64,000 bases of DNA from the NCBI GenBank assembly GCA_047602405.1, contig JASGHJ010000001.1, positions 2,144,001 through 2,208,000 of the forward strand. The letters run 5' to 3'. This document shows, one piece after another, positions 32,166-41,837 of the stretch. How positions within the stretch are numbered: the stretch's first letter is position 1; every line of letters begins with the position of its first letter. The translations under genes were made by a program, and so were the position numbers. The DNA comes from Anaeromyxobacteraceae bacterium (GTDB lineage: Bacteria; Myxococcota; Myxococcia; Myxococcales; Anaeromyxobacteraceae). Below the pieces are notes generated by a model. It made no database searches. It saw only the letters and a list, made by a program, of their open reading frames with translations, and had not been told where the DNA came from.

Positions 32166-34301
32166 TCAGGGCGACACGGTCGCCTGCGCCGCCGTGAGCC
32201 CGAGCCGCCCCACCGGCCGGACCGGCAGCTCGGGCGGCAGCTCCTCGCAGCTCAGCACCGGCAGCCCGGGGAACCGCGGCGCCACGAGCTGGCGGAGCGC
32301 CCGCCGCACGTCGGCCCCCACGAGCAGGACCGTCTCACGCCCGGCCGCCCGGAGCTCCGCGTCCAGCCGGTCGAGGAGGGCGCCTGCGAGCGCGGGGTCG
32401 AGCGCCGGCACATCGGCACCGTAGCCGCCCCCCGGCCCCGGCAGCGCGTCGCGGAGCGCCTGCTCGGCGGCCGGGTCGAGGAGGAGCGCGGTCAGCGGCG
32501 CGCCGTCGCCGGCCACCCGCGCGGCGATGTGGCGGCGGAGCGCCCGGCGGCACGCCTCGGCGAGCGCCGCCGCGCCGCGGGGCGCGCCCCCGGCCTCGAG
32601 CATCGCCTCGAGGACCGTGCGCAGCGGGCGGATCGTGATGCCCTCCTCGACGAGCCGCCGCAGCACCTCCGCGAGGAGCGCCGGCGGGAGCTGTCGCGCC
32701 GCCTCGCGGACGAGCGCGGGCGCGGAGGGCTCGAGCCCGTCGAGGAGCGCCTGCGCCTCCTGGACCCCGACGAAGTCGTGGGCCCGGCGGGCGAGGGCGG
32801 CGCCGACCGACGCGGCGATCCGGTCGAGCGGACCGAGCACCGGCCCGAGCGCGCCCGCGCGGCGGGCGAGCCCGGCCTCGAGCGCGACCGCGGGGGCGCC
32901 GGTCGCCGGGTGGAGGCCGGGGCCTCCCTCGAGCCCCGCGAGCGCGAGCTCGTCCGGCGGCGCGAGCGCGAGCACCTCCCCCGCGGGCGCGCGCCCGGCC
33001 GCGGCCGGGGCCTCGTCCACGAGGAGCCGCCACACCCCCACGCCGAGCGGCGCCTCGCGCAGCGCGACGCCCGGGAGCGCCACGCCGAGCTCCCGCCAGA
33101 GCCGCTCGCGCAAGGCGTGGAGCCCCTCCCTCACGAACCGCTCGCCGTCGGCGCGCACGAGCGCGACGAGGTCCGGCGCGAGCTCGAGCACCACGGGCGA
33201 GGGCGGGGCGAGCGCGGCGTCCGGGCCACCCTCCGGGGCGCCGCGGCGCCCGTCCGCCGACGCCTCCCCCCGGGCCGCGCGCCGCCGGAGCGCGAGCCCG
33301 CCCGCGCCGCCCGCCGCGGCGGCGAGCAACGCGAAGGGCGCGGCGGGGAGCCCGGGGGCGAGCGCCAGGGCGCCGAGCAGGGCCGCCACCGTGAAGAGCG
33401 CGGCCGGCTCGGCGAGGAGCTGCCCGCCGATCTCGCCGGACAGCGACGCGCCCTCCTCCTCGGCGGCGACCCGGGTCACCGCGATGCCCGCCGACACCGC
33501 GAGGAGGAGCGCCGGCACCTGCGAGGAGAGGCCGTCGCCGATGGCGAGCAGCGCGTAGCGCCGCGCCGCCGCGCCGAGCTCCATGCCCCGGGCGGCGCCC
33601 GCCGCGAGCCCGCCCACGAGGTTCACGAGCACGATCGCGACGCCCGCGATGGCGTCGCCCTTCACGAACTTGAGCGCGCCGTCCATCGCGCCGTGGAGCT
33701 GGCTCTCGCGCTCGAGCGCCCGCCGGCGCCGCCGCGCCTCCGCGGCGTCGATCGCCCCCGCGCGCTGGTCGGCGTCGATCGCCATCTGCTTGCCCGGGAG
33801 GGCGTCGAGCGTGAACCGCGCCGCGACCTCCGCCACGCGCTCCGCGCCCTTGGCGACCACGAGGAGCTGCACGAGCGTCAGGATCGCGAAGACCACCACC
33901 CCGACCACCGGGTCGCCCTGCACCACCACCTGGCCGAAGGCCTCGATCACCCGCCCGGCCTCGCCGCGCGCGAGGACGAGCCGGGTGGACGAGACCGCGA
34001 GCGCGACGCGGAACAGGGTGGTGAGGAGGAGCAGCGTCGGGAAGCTCGCGAAGCGGAGCGCGTCCCGCGCGAAGAGCGTGACGGCGAGGACCGTCGCGGC
34101 GGCGGCGAGGTTCGTCGCGATGAGGGCGTCGAGCGCCGCCGCGGGGAGCGGCGCGACGAGGAGCACGACGAGCCCGAGCACGAGGAGCGCGAGCAGCGCG
34201 TCGCCGGTGCCGCGGAGCCGGGCGAGCCCGGCGTGGAGGAGGCGCAGCGCGGGCGCGAGCCCGGCGTGGAGGCCCGGCAGGGCTGCAGGCGGCGAGGTCA
34301 A
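32166..34301 (-). CDS. sctV: T3SS export gate SctV/FlhA family
   Basis: FPTLLLLTTLFR, KGAERVAEVAARFTLDALPGKQMAIDAD, GAMDGALKFVKGDAIAG; TTG start coupled to the sctU stop. Confidence 0.9.
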   Translation of the reverse strand: MTSPPAALPGLHAGLAPALRLLHAGLARLRGTGDALLALLVLGLVVLLVAPLPAAALDALIATNLAAAATVLAVTLFARDALRFASFPTLLLLTTLFRVALAVSSTRLVLARGEAGRVIEAFGQVVVQGDPVVGVVVFAILTLVQLLVVAKGAERVAEVAARFTLDALPGKQMAIDADQRAGAIDAAEARRRRRALERESQLHGAMDGALKFVKGDAIAGVAIVLVNLVGGLAAGAARGMELGAAARRYALLAIGDGLSSQVPALLLAVSAGIAVTRVAAEEEGASLSGEIGGQLLAEPAALFTVAALLGALALAPGLPAAPFALLAAAAGGAGGLALRRRAARGEASADGRRGAPEGGPDAALAPPSPVVLELAPDLVALVRADGERFVREGLHALRERLWRELGVALPGVALREAPLGVGVWRLLVDEAPAAAGRAPAGEVLALAPPDELALAGLEGGPGLHPATGAPAVALEAGLARRAGALGPVLGPLDRIAASVGAALARRAHDFVGVQEAQALLDGLEPSAPALVREAARQLPPALLAEVLRRLVEEGITIRPLRTVLEAMLEAGGAPRGAAALAEACRRALRRHIAARVAGDGAPLTALLLDPAAEQALRDALPGPGGGYGADVPALDPALAGALLDRLDAELRAAGRETVLLVGADVRRALRQLVAPRFPGLPVLSCEELPPELPVRPVGRLGLTAAQATVSP

Positions 34302-35371
34302 GGGGTGGCCTCCTCCGCGCCCGGCGGCGCGGCGGCGTAGAGGTGCGCGAGCACGGCGGCGGCCGCGTCGTAGAGCGCCTCGGGGATCTCCTCCCCGACC
34401 TCCGAGAGGTGAAAGAGCGCGCGGGCGAGCGGCACGTCGCGCACGATGGGCACACCCGCCCGCCGCGCCGCGGACCGCAGGCGCGCCGCCTCGCGGCCGG
34501 CGCCCTTCGCGAGGACCCGGGGCGCCTCGTCGGCGCCGCGGTCGTGCCGGAGCGCGACCGCGAGGTGGGTCGGGTTCACGACGAGCACGGTCGCCCGCGC
34601 CGTCGCCTGCCCCGGCGTCCCGGCGGGCTCCTCCGCCGCGGCGCGGGCGAGGCGGCGCCGCTCCTCGCGGAGGCGCGGGTCGCCCTCGTCCTCCCGGCCG
34701 TCGCGCCGGACCTCGTCGCGCGTCATCCGGAGCTGCGCGAGGTGCCGCCGGCGGGCGAGGAGCGCGTCGAGGGCGCCGAGCACGAGGAGCGCGGCCGCGA
34801 GGCGCCCCGCGAGCGGGAGGAGCAGCCCCGGCGCGCGGAGGAGGGCCGCCGGCGCCGCGGCGGGGAGGGCCGCGAGGGCGGGCGCGAGCGTGCGGAGCGA
34901 GGTCCAGGCGATCCCGGCGAGGAGGAGCGCCTTCGCGAGGCCGAGCCCGGCCTGGGCGAGCGCGGACGGCGAGGCGAGGCGGCGGAGCCCGCGGGCGAGG
35001 TCGAGGCGATCCGCGCGGGGCAGCGCGGCGGCGGGGCTCCACAGGAAGCCCGCCTGCAGGGCGCCCGCGAGCGCGGCCGCGCCGCCCGCGGCGAGCGCCG
35101 GCACGAGCGCGAGCCGGAGCGCGAGGCCGCCCGCCTCCACGAGGGCGGCGGCCGGCGCGAGGGCGCCGTCCGGGCCCGCGCCGCGGAGCTCGAGCGCCCG
35201 GCGGAGCAGCGCGGCGAGGTCCGCCGCGCCGCCGGGGAGCACCGCACCGGCCGCGAGGAGGCCCGCGCCGAGGGCGGCGGCTCCGGAGAGCTCGCGGCCC
35301 GAGGGCGCCTCGCCGCGCTCCCGCGACCTCCTGAGGCGTCGCGGGGTCGGGTCGTGGGTGCGCTCGCTCAA
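34298..35371 (-). CDS. sctU: T3SS switch protein SctU/FlhB family
   Basis: ERTHDPTPRRL, RMTRDEVRR..REDEGDP, NPTH autocleavage motif, LARAL. Confidence 0.9.
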   Translation of the reverse strand: MSERTHDPTPRRLRRSRERGEAPSGRELSGAAALGAGLLAAGAVLPGGAADLAALLRRALELRGAGPDGALAPAAALVEAGGLALRLALVPALAAGGAAALAGALQAGFLWSPAAALPRADRLDLARGLRRLASPSALAQAGLGLAKALLLAGIAWTSLRTLAPALAALPAAAPAALLRAPGLLLPLAGRLAAALLVLGALDALLARRRHLAQLRMTRDEVRRDGREDEGDPRLREERRRLARAAAEEPAGTPGQATARATVLVVNPTHLAVALRHDRGADEAPRVLAKGAGREAARLRSAARRAGVPIVRDVPLARALFHLSEVGEEIPEALYDAAAAVLAHLYAAAPPGAEEATP

Positions 35372-36210
35372 GGCGCGGCTCCCGCGGCGCGGGCCGCCTG
35401 GCCGAGCCAGCCGGTCGAGAGGGTCACGAGCGACACGAGGCGCCCCGCGACGGCGGAGGCCGCCGCCCCGAGCGCGAGGAGCCCCAGCGCCGCGCGGGCG
35501 GGCTGGGCGGTGTTCACGACGCCGAGCTGGGGCGCGACCCGGCCCGCGAGCGCGATGGCGAGGTCGGCGGCGAGGACGCCCGCCGCGGCGGGGGCCGCGA
35601 GCGCGACGGACGCCGAGACGAGCGCACCCGCGGCCTCGAGGGCGACGCCCGCGGCGGGCGGGGTGAGGAGGCGGGCCGCGCCGGGCGGGACCGCCTCGAA
35701 CGTGCCGAGGAGGGCGGCCACCGCGAGGCGCCCCGCGCCGGTATACGCCGCGAGGACGAGCACGCCCTGGGCGAGGAGGTCGCCGGTCGCGCTCTCCCGC
35801 TGGCGGAGCGGCGCCACGTGGAGCTCCGCGAGCGTCGCGCCGCGGAACGTGTCGGCGAGCCGGCCGCCGGCGCGCGCGGCCTCGATCGGCACCGAGATCG
35901 CGAGCGCGAGGAGGAGCCCGAGCGCGAGCTCGCGCAGCGCCGCGGCGGCGAGCCCGGCGCCGTCCGGCGTGGCCGCCCCGGCGGGGAGGGCCGCCGCGAC
36001 CGCGGCGCCCAGGGTGAGCGCGAGCGCCGCCCGCGCGGGGCCGGGCACGAGCGGGCCGCCCACGAGCGGCGAGGCCATCACGGCCGGGGCGAGGCGGATG
36101 GCGGCGAGGAGCGCCGGGGCGGCGCGGACCGCGAGCTCGGCGAGGGGACGGTGCGGCTCCGGGGGGCCGCCCGGCCACAGGCCGCCCAGCAACGCGGCCG
36201 GGGCGGTCAC
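35368..36210 (-). CDS. sctT: T3SS export protein SctT/FliR family
   Basis: Hydrophobic; AGGRLADTFRG, LAGRVAPQL; operon position. Confidence 0.8.
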   Translation of the reverse strand: MTAPAALLGGLWPGGPPEPHRPLAELAVRAAPALLAAIRLAPAVMASPLVGGPLVPGPARAALALTLGAAVAAALPAGAATPDGAGLAAAALRELALGLLLALAISVPIEAARAGGRLADTFRGATLAELHVAPLRQRESATGDLLAQGVLVLAAYTGAGRLAVAALLGTFEAVPPGAARLLTPPAAGVALEAAGALVSASVALAAPAAAGVLAADLAIALAGRVAPQLGVVNTAQPARAALGLLALGAAASAVAGRLVSLVTLSTGWLGQAARAAGAAP

Positions 36211-36473
36211 GGCGCGATCCGGGGCAGGAGATCGAACGCGGTCTGCGCGAGGCGCACCAGCCGCGCGGCGGCGAACGGCCCGGCGAGCGCGAGCGCGGCG
36301 GCGACGGCGACGAGCCGCGGCACCACCGCGACGGTGGGCTCCTGCACGGAGGTCGCCGCCTGCAGCACGCCGACGACGAGCCCGGTCGCGAGCGCGGCGA
36401 GGAGCGCCGGGGCCGACGCGGCGAGCACCGTGAGGAGGGCCTCCTGGACGAGGTGCTGGAGGGCGGCGTCCAT
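36207..36473 (-). CDS. sctS: T3SS export protein SctS/FliQ family
   Basis: GLVVGVLQAATSVQEPT...VPRL. Confidence 0.9.
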   Translation of the reverse strand: MDAALQHLVQEALLTVLAASAPALLAALATGLVVGVLQAATSVQEPTVAVVPRLVAVAAALALAGPFAAARLVRLAQTAFDLLPRIAP

Positions 36474-36476
36474 CGG

Positions 36477-37175
36477 TCACCCGGCGTAGGAGAGCGCGAG
36501 CGCCCGGGCGAGGAGCTTCCACCCGTCGACCGCGACGAAGAGGAGGAGCTTGAACGGGAGCGCGACCGAGCTCGGCGACAGCTGGGTGAGCCCCAGCGCG
36601 AGGAGGACGTTCGAGACCACGAGGTCCACCGCGAGGAACGGCACGAAGACGAGGAACCCGAGCACGAACGCGCGGCGCAGCTCGGAGACCACGAACGCGG
36701 GCGCGAGCACCGCGAGGTCGTCCTCCGCCGGCGCCGCGCCCGGGGGCCCCGGCCGCGCCGCCTCCCGCGCGCCCGGGGACGTGGCGAGCCGGCGCGCCAC
36801 GTCGACGAACGCGGCGCGGTCGTCCGGCCGGGCGTGACGCGCGAGGAACGCGCGCAGCGGGCCCGCCCCCCGCGCGAGGGCGGCGAGCGCGCCGTCCACG
36901 CCGTGCTCGCCGGGGAGGGGCCGGGCCGCCTCCACGGTCCGCTCGAGGACCGGCCCCATGACGAGCGCGCTGAGCACGAGCGCGAGCCCGGTGACCGCGG
37001 TGTTCGGCGGCACCTGAGGCGCCCCGAGCGCGGAGCGGGCGATCGAGAGGACGACCGAGATCTTCAGGAACGAGGTGAGCGTGACGAGCGCGGCCGGGGC
37101 GAGCGCGAGCACGCCGAGGAGGACGAGCATCTCGACGGGCCGCCCGGCGATGGGGCCGACGAGCTCCGGGCTCAC
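36477..37175 (-). CDS. sctR: T3SS export protein SctR/FliP family
   Basis: TSFLKISVVL, ALG.PQVPPN, PAFVVSEL, ALPFKLLLFVAVDGW. Confidence 0.93.
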   Translation of the reverse strand: MSPELVGPIAGRPVEMLVLLGVLALAPAALVTLTSFLKISVVLSIARSALGAPQVPPNTAVTGLALVLSALVMGPVLERTVEAARPLPGEHGVDGALAALARGAGPLRAFLARHARPDDRAAFVDVARRLATSPGAREAARPGPPGAAPAEDDLAVLAPAFVVSELRRAFVLGFLVFVPFLAVDLVVSNVLLALGLTQLSPSSVALPFKLLLFVAVDGWKLLARALALSYAG

Positions 37176-37453
37176 GGCGCGCTCCCCTCGCCGGCGGGCC
37201 GGCCGGCGCGCGCGGGCGGGTCGAGCTCGAGCACCAGCCGCGGCGGCCCCTCCCCGAAGCCCACGAGCAGCCGCCGCCCGTCGGCGGCGACGAGCGCGAG
37301 CCCGCCCGCGCGGCCGAGGCTGGCCCGCTCCAGCACCGAGAGCCGCGGCGCGGGCGCAGGGACCAGCCGGCCGCGCCGCGCGACGAGCGCGGCGAGGGCC
37401 GCGAACCCGGCCACCGCCAGCGCCGCGCGCGCCGCCATGGCGGCGCCGATCAC
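37172..37453 (-). CDS. FliO-like small membrane protein
   Basis: TM followed by LSVLERASLG...LALV..DGRRLLVG; sits between the SpoA-domain gene and sctR. Confidence 0.65.
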   Translation of the reverse strand: MIGAAMAARAALAVAGFAALAALVARRGRLVPAPAPRLSVLERASLGRAGGLALVAADGRRLLVGFGEGPPRLVLELDPPARAGRPAGEGSAP

Positions 37454-38451
37454 GACGTCACCTCCAGCACGCGCACCCCGACGGCGCCCTCGACGTCCAC
37501 GAGCTCGCCCCGCGCGACCGTCCGCTCGCCGACGACGAGCGCCACCCGGCCGCGCCGGTCGAGGCCGAGCGGGACGACCGCGCCGGCCTCCAGCCGGGCG
37601 AGATCCGAGAGCGTCACCTCCACCCGGGCGAGCTCGACCTCGAGCACGACCGGGACCGTCGCGTTCCGTTCCATGTGGCCCTCCGCGTGAAAGTGGCAGC
37701 TGCCGGCGGTCTCGAGGTCGCAGGGGGCGTCCACGAGTCGCCCCCGCGCCCGGGCCCCACCGGGCAGCACGAGGGACGCGGCCTCGTCCGGTGCGCCCAG
37801 CAGGACCACGTCGCCCGGCGCGAGCGCGGCGCGCTCCGCCGGCGTGAGCGGCGCCTCCCCGCGGCGCAGCGAGGCCGGGAGCCGGAGCGCCGACGCGGCG
37901 AGCTCGCCGTCACCCTCGAGCGCGGCGGCCGCCGCGGCGGGCAGGAGGAGGCGCGCGCGCCCCCGCACCGCGCCGGCCTCGAGCTCGAGCTCCACGGCGA
38001 AGGCGCCGCGCGGCTCCGGCGCCGGCCCCGGCGCGCAGCCCACGAGCCGCGGGGCGAGCGCGAGCTCCACCTCGGGCACCGTCGAGACCCCGTCGAGCGC
38101 CGCGAGGGTGAGGAGCTCGAGCGCCGCCGCCTCGACCGGCGTCAGCGCCGCCGCGGGCCCGGCCCGGCCGTCCCCGCCGGCGAGCCGGTCGACGAGGGCG
38201 ACCACGAGCGAGGCGTCGGCCTCGAGCGCAGCGGGGCCCGGCAGGGCGGCGAGCTCGAGCGCGACGCGCCCCGCGCCCCCGCGCGGGCGCGGCCGGCCCG
38301 GGAGCGCGCGGCCCGACACCCGCACCTCGACGCCCAGCAGGGCGCCCAGCGAGGCGGCCGCGGCCGCCGCGCTGGCCGCCCCGGCCGCGCGGACGGCAGG
38401 CCCTGCGCCGGGGTCCGGGGCGGCTGCGGGGAGATCGAACGGGAGCGCCAT
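37450..38451 (-). CDS. sctQ: C-ring/sorting platform protein SctQ (FliM/FliN SpoA domain)
   Basis: C-terminal VPVVLEVELAR...L.AG.V....ARGELVDVEG.VGVRV. Confidence 0.8.
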   Translation of the reverse strand: MALPFDLPAAAPDPGAGPAVRAAGAASAAAAAASLGALLGVEVRVSGRALPGRPRPRGGAGRVALELAALPGPAALEADASLVVALVDRLAGGDGRAGPAAALTPVEAAALELLTLAALDGVSTVPEVELALAPRLVGCAPGPAPEPRGAFAVELELEAGAVRGRARLLLPAAAAAALEGDGELAASALRLPASLRRGEAPLTPAERAALAPGDVVLLGAPDEAASLVLPGGARARGRLVDAPCDLETAGSCHFHAEGHMERNATVPVVLEVELARVEVTLSDLARLEAGAVVPLGLDRRGRVALVVGERTVARGELVDVEGAVGVRVLEVTS

Positions 38452-38464
38452 GCCGCCACGCAAT

Positions 38465-38479
38465 CCAAGCGGCGTGCCG
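38465..38479 (-). promoter_or_regulatory. possible sigma-54 promoter of sctQ-sctV
   Basis: Minus strand CGGCAC-GCCGC-TTGG (imperfect -12), ~14 nt before the ATG. Confidence 0.4.
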
Positions 38480-38621
38480 ACCGCAGCCCCCCGTGACCAC
38501 TGGGAACGCCGCGAGGGGCGCGGTCCGCGCCGCGGACCCACCGGCCGCGCCGCGGACCTGTCTGCACGGCCCCGCCCCGGCGAGGCGCTCGCCGGCGCCT
38601 CGCCCCCGGCGGCAGGTGCCG

Positions 38622-39875
38622 CTACCCCTCGAACGGCGAGAGCACCAGCGTGGCCCGGCGCTCGGGCAGGAAGGTCCGGCGGGCCACGTCGCGCAGCGCC
38701 CCGGGCTCGAGCACCCGCGGCGCCGCGCCCGGCAGCGGCCGCGCGAGGAGCTCGCCGGGCCAGGCCGCGAACCCCGCGAGCGCCTCGGCGAGCGCGGCGG
38801 GATCGGCCGCGGCGCGATCGGCCTCGCGGGCGAGCCGGCGCGCGACGTCGCGCCGCTCGGCCGCGTCGGCCGGGAAGGCGGCGACGTCCTCGAGCACCCT
38901 GCCGATCCGGGTGGGGAGGTCCTCGGCCTCGATCGACGGGACGTTCACGAGCGCGACGAGGAGCGGGGTCCCCCGCAGGCTCACGCAGCTCGCCGACGCC
39001 TCCCGCGCGATCGCGCGCCGCACCGCGAGCTCCGCATAGAGGCGCCGCTCGACGAGCGCCGCGAGCGCGGGGCAGGCGTCGCGGTCGGCGGGGTCGAGCC
39101 GGTGGGCGACGGCGGTCGCGAGGAGGAGCGCCCGCAGCTTGCGGGTGGCGGGCAGCCGGGCCGCCTCGACGGTGGCGTCGCGGGGCCCCGGGCCCGCGGC
39201 CGGCCCCGGGGGGAAGGCCTGCGCGACGAGGGCGCGCGCGCGCTCCGGATCCACGGCGCCGGTGAACGCGACGGAGATGCGGGCAGGCCGGTAGCGATCG
39301 GCGTGCTGGCGCGCGAGGGCGGCGCGGTCCACGGCCTCGCGCGACTCGTGGTCGCCGATGACGTCGACGCGCGCCTGCCCCTCGAACAGCGTCTCCTCGA
39401 GGAGGTCGAGGACCCCGCGCTCGGAGCCGCCGTACTCGTCCTCGCGCGCGATCACCGCGAGCTCACGGTCGAGCTCCGCGCGCTCGAGGTCGGGCGTCGC
39501 GACGGCGCGGAGCAGGCGCTCCGCGAGCGCCGGGAAGGTCGCGGCCGGGGCGTCGAGCGCGAAGGTGGTGAGGTGGCGGGAGGTGAACGCGTTGAGCCGC
39601 CCGCCGGCGGCGCGCGCGGCCTGCACGGGGTCGAGGCCGTCCTTCCCCACCCGCGAGAGCAGCACGTGCTCGAGCACGTGCGCGAGGCCCTGGCGGCGGG
39701 GCGGGTCGTCCTCCGACCCCGTGCGCACGACGAGCCGGAGCGACGCGGCGCGCGCGCCGGCCACCGGGACCACCGCGAGCTCGAGGCCGGACGGGAGCGC
39801 GCTCCGGGCGGGCGGCGCCGCGGCGGGGCCGGCGCCGGCGAGGAGCGCGGCGGCCAGGAGGGAGAGCGGCGTCAC
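38622..39875 (-). CDS. secreted M16 (insulinase) metallopeptidase, active-type subunit
   Basis: Signal peptide, GLAHVLEH (HxxEH), LNAFTS; GTG coupled to the upstream stop. Confidence 0.85.
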   Translation of the reverse strand: MTPLSLLAAALLAGAGPAAAPPARSALPSGLELAVVPVAGARAASLRLVVRTGSEDDPPRRQGLAHVLEHVLLSRVGKDGLDPVQAARAAGGRLNAFTSRHLTTFALDAPAATFPALAERLLRAVATPDLERAELDRELAVIAREDEYGGSERGVLDLLEETLFEGQARVDVIGDHESREAVDRAALARQHADRYRPARISVAFTGAVDPERARALVAQAFPPGPAAGPGPRDATVEAARLPATRKLRALLLATAVAHRLDPADRDACPALAALVERRLYAELAVRRAIAREASASCVSLRGTPLLVALVNVPSIEAEDLPTRIGRVLEDVAAFPADAAERRDVARRLAREADRAAADPAALAEALAGFAAWPGELLARPLPGAAPRVLEPGALRDVARRTFLPERRATLVLSPFEG

Positions 39876-41632
39876 GGGTTCGCTCCGGCGAAGAGGTAGA
39901 CGGACCGGGCCGGGTCGAGCCAGCCCGAGAGGATCGCGGTGAGGCCCGCCCGGTCGAGCGCGTCGACCTCGCGCGCGACCTCCGCGCCGTGCCAGGAGGG
40001 ACCGCCCGCCGCGAGCGCGGCCGCGAGCGCGGCCGGGTCGGCGTCGACGGCGAGGAGCTCGCCCCGCACCGCGCCCTTCGCGCGGTCGAGGTCGCGCACC
40101 TCGTAGCGGCCGCCGCGGAGCTCGTCCACGAGCGCGCGCAGCTCCGGCTCGAGCCGCCGCGCGTACGCGTGCGCGGGCAGCACCGCGACGAGGAGGGCGG
40201 TCCAGGGCGCCCGGAACGCCTCGGCGCCGGGCGCGTAGCCCGCCCCGCTCAGCCGGAAGCGCTCCCACAGCCCCGCGTCGAGGAGCGCCGCCGCGAGCCG
40301 GAGCGCCGCGGCGTCGCGCGGCGAGGAGAGCTCGACCGGCGCGGCGAACAGCACGACGTGCCGGTCGCTCGCCCGGCGCGCCTCGAACGGCACCGGGGTG
40401 CGCAGCGGCGCGACGGGGGGGCGCGCGCCGCCGCGGTGGGGCCGGACGAGGGCGATCGCCGCCGCGCGGTCGAAGGCCCCCGTCACCACCACGGTCGCGG
40501 AGGCCGGCGAGAAGCCGGCGAGGAGCCGCGCCCGCACCCGCGCCTGGCGGAGCGCGAGCAGGTCGGGGCGCGCGACGACGGGCGGGTTCGCGTAGCCGGG
40601 CTCCTCCGCCGCGAGCTCCGCCACGAGCTCGCCCGGGGTGGGCGTGGTGGGCAGGTCGAGCAGGGCGCGGGTGGTCGCGTCGGGGAGGCGCAAGGGCTCG
40701 AAGGTCGCCGCGAGCGCTGCCTCGGCGAGGCGCCGGGCGAGGGCGGGGAACTCGCGGCGGCCCGCGGTGAGCTGGAACGTCGACTCGCGGACGCCCGTGC
40801 GGTGCTCGAGCCGCGCCCCGGCGGCGTGCACGTCGAGGAGGAACCGGCCGAGATCGAAGCGTGGGTTCGCGGCGAGGAGCGCGTGCAGCGTGAGCTGCGC
40901 CTCGCCGGCCTGGGCGTCGTCGAAGCTGCCGGAGTCGAAGCGGACGAGGATCGACGCGTCGGGCCCCTCGCGCGGCGCGAGGAGCAGCCGGGGCGCGCCC
41001 GGTCCGAGGTCGACGGCCTCGACCGGCGCCTGGAAGCCCTCGAGCGACCCGAGCACGAGCGGGGGCTCGAACGGGCCGCGCCGCGAGGGCGCAGGCCGCG
41101 GCTTCGGTGCGGGCGGCGCCTCGAGGGCGGAGGGCGCGGCGGCGGCTGCTGCGGCCGAGCCTGCCGGCCGGGCGTCGTCGGGCGGCGGCGAGGCCTCGCG
41201 GGCGCGGGTGATGAGGAGCGCGGCCGCTGCCGCGAGCCCGAGCCCGGCGAGGAGGGCCGCGCCGCCGCGCCAGTCGCGCGCCCGCGCGCGGCCGCCCGCG
41301 GGCGCCCCCCGCGCCGGTCCACCGGCGGCCCAGGCCGGGAGCGCGCCCGGCCCGACCCAGGCCACGCCGCAGGTGGGGCACGGCGCGAACGCCAGGTCAC
41401 GGAGCGCCTTCCTCGGCAGCCCGGCGCCGCACTCGGGGCAGAGGATCGCCTTCATCGGACGCGGCGGCGGACGCGGCTCGTCGCCGGCGAGCGCGAGCAG
41501 CTTCGCCTTGCCCTCGGGCCGCAGCAGCATCCCCCCGCAGGAGGGGCACGCGCTCGCGCGCAGCGCCCCGCGCGGTGAAGGCAGCGGCACCTCGGGGTCA
41601 CACTCCGGGCAGCGAAGTCCCTGGCCAGCCAT
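39872..41632 (-). CDS. Zn-ribbon + TM + inactive M16-like domain protein
   Basis: Four CxxC pairs, a TM, then an M16-like region (GSFDD...AQLTLH, no HxxEH; VVVTGAFD). Confidence 0.7.
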   Translation of the reverse strand: MAGQGLRCPECDPEVPLPSPRGALRASACPSCGGMLLRPEGKAKLLALAGDEPRPPPRPMKAILCPECGAGLPRKALRDLAFAPCPTCGVAWVGPGALPAWAAGGPARGAPAGGRARARDWRGGAALLAGLGLAAAAALLITRAREASPPPDDARPAGSAAAAAAAPSALEAPPAPKPRPAPSRRGPFEPPLVLGSLEGFQAPVEAVDLGPGAPRLLLAPREGPDASILVRFDSGSFDDAQAGEAQLTLHALLAANPRFDLGRFLLDVHAAGARLEHRTGVRESTFQLTAGRREFPALARRLAEAALAATFEPLRLPDATTRALLDLPTTPTPGELVAELAAEEPGYANPPVVARPDLLALRQARVRARLLAGFSPASATVVVTGAFDRAAAIALVRPHRGGARPPVAPLRTPVPFEARRASDRHVVLFAAPVELSSPRDAAALRLAAALLDAGLWERFRLSGAGYAPGAEAFRAPWTALLVAVLPAHAYARRLEPELRALVDELRGGRYEVRDLDRAKGAVRGELLAVDADPAALAAALAAGGPSWHGAEVAREVDALDRAGLTAILSGWLDPARSVYLFAGANP

Positions 41633-41837
41633 CGGCCCCCCTCTCACTGCGAGCATACCCCGCCGTGACCCGGGCCCCGGGGCGGATCCCGGCCGCGGCG
41701 CCGAATATCCCGCTCCGCGGGGCGTCCCTGTCCCGCGTCGACGTGACAGCGTGGAATGCGCCCCGCGCTCACGCTGCTTGAGGACGGACGGAGGGCCGTG
41801 TAAACCCGGGAACGTTCTCCCAGGGGGGCGAGCTCAA

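Noticed and set aside
32166..38451. Flagellar biosynthesis operon
   Set aside because: No rod, hook, flagellin or motor genes; the linked ring protein is a short SctJ-type lipoprotein rather than FliF, so non-flagellar T3SS is preferred.
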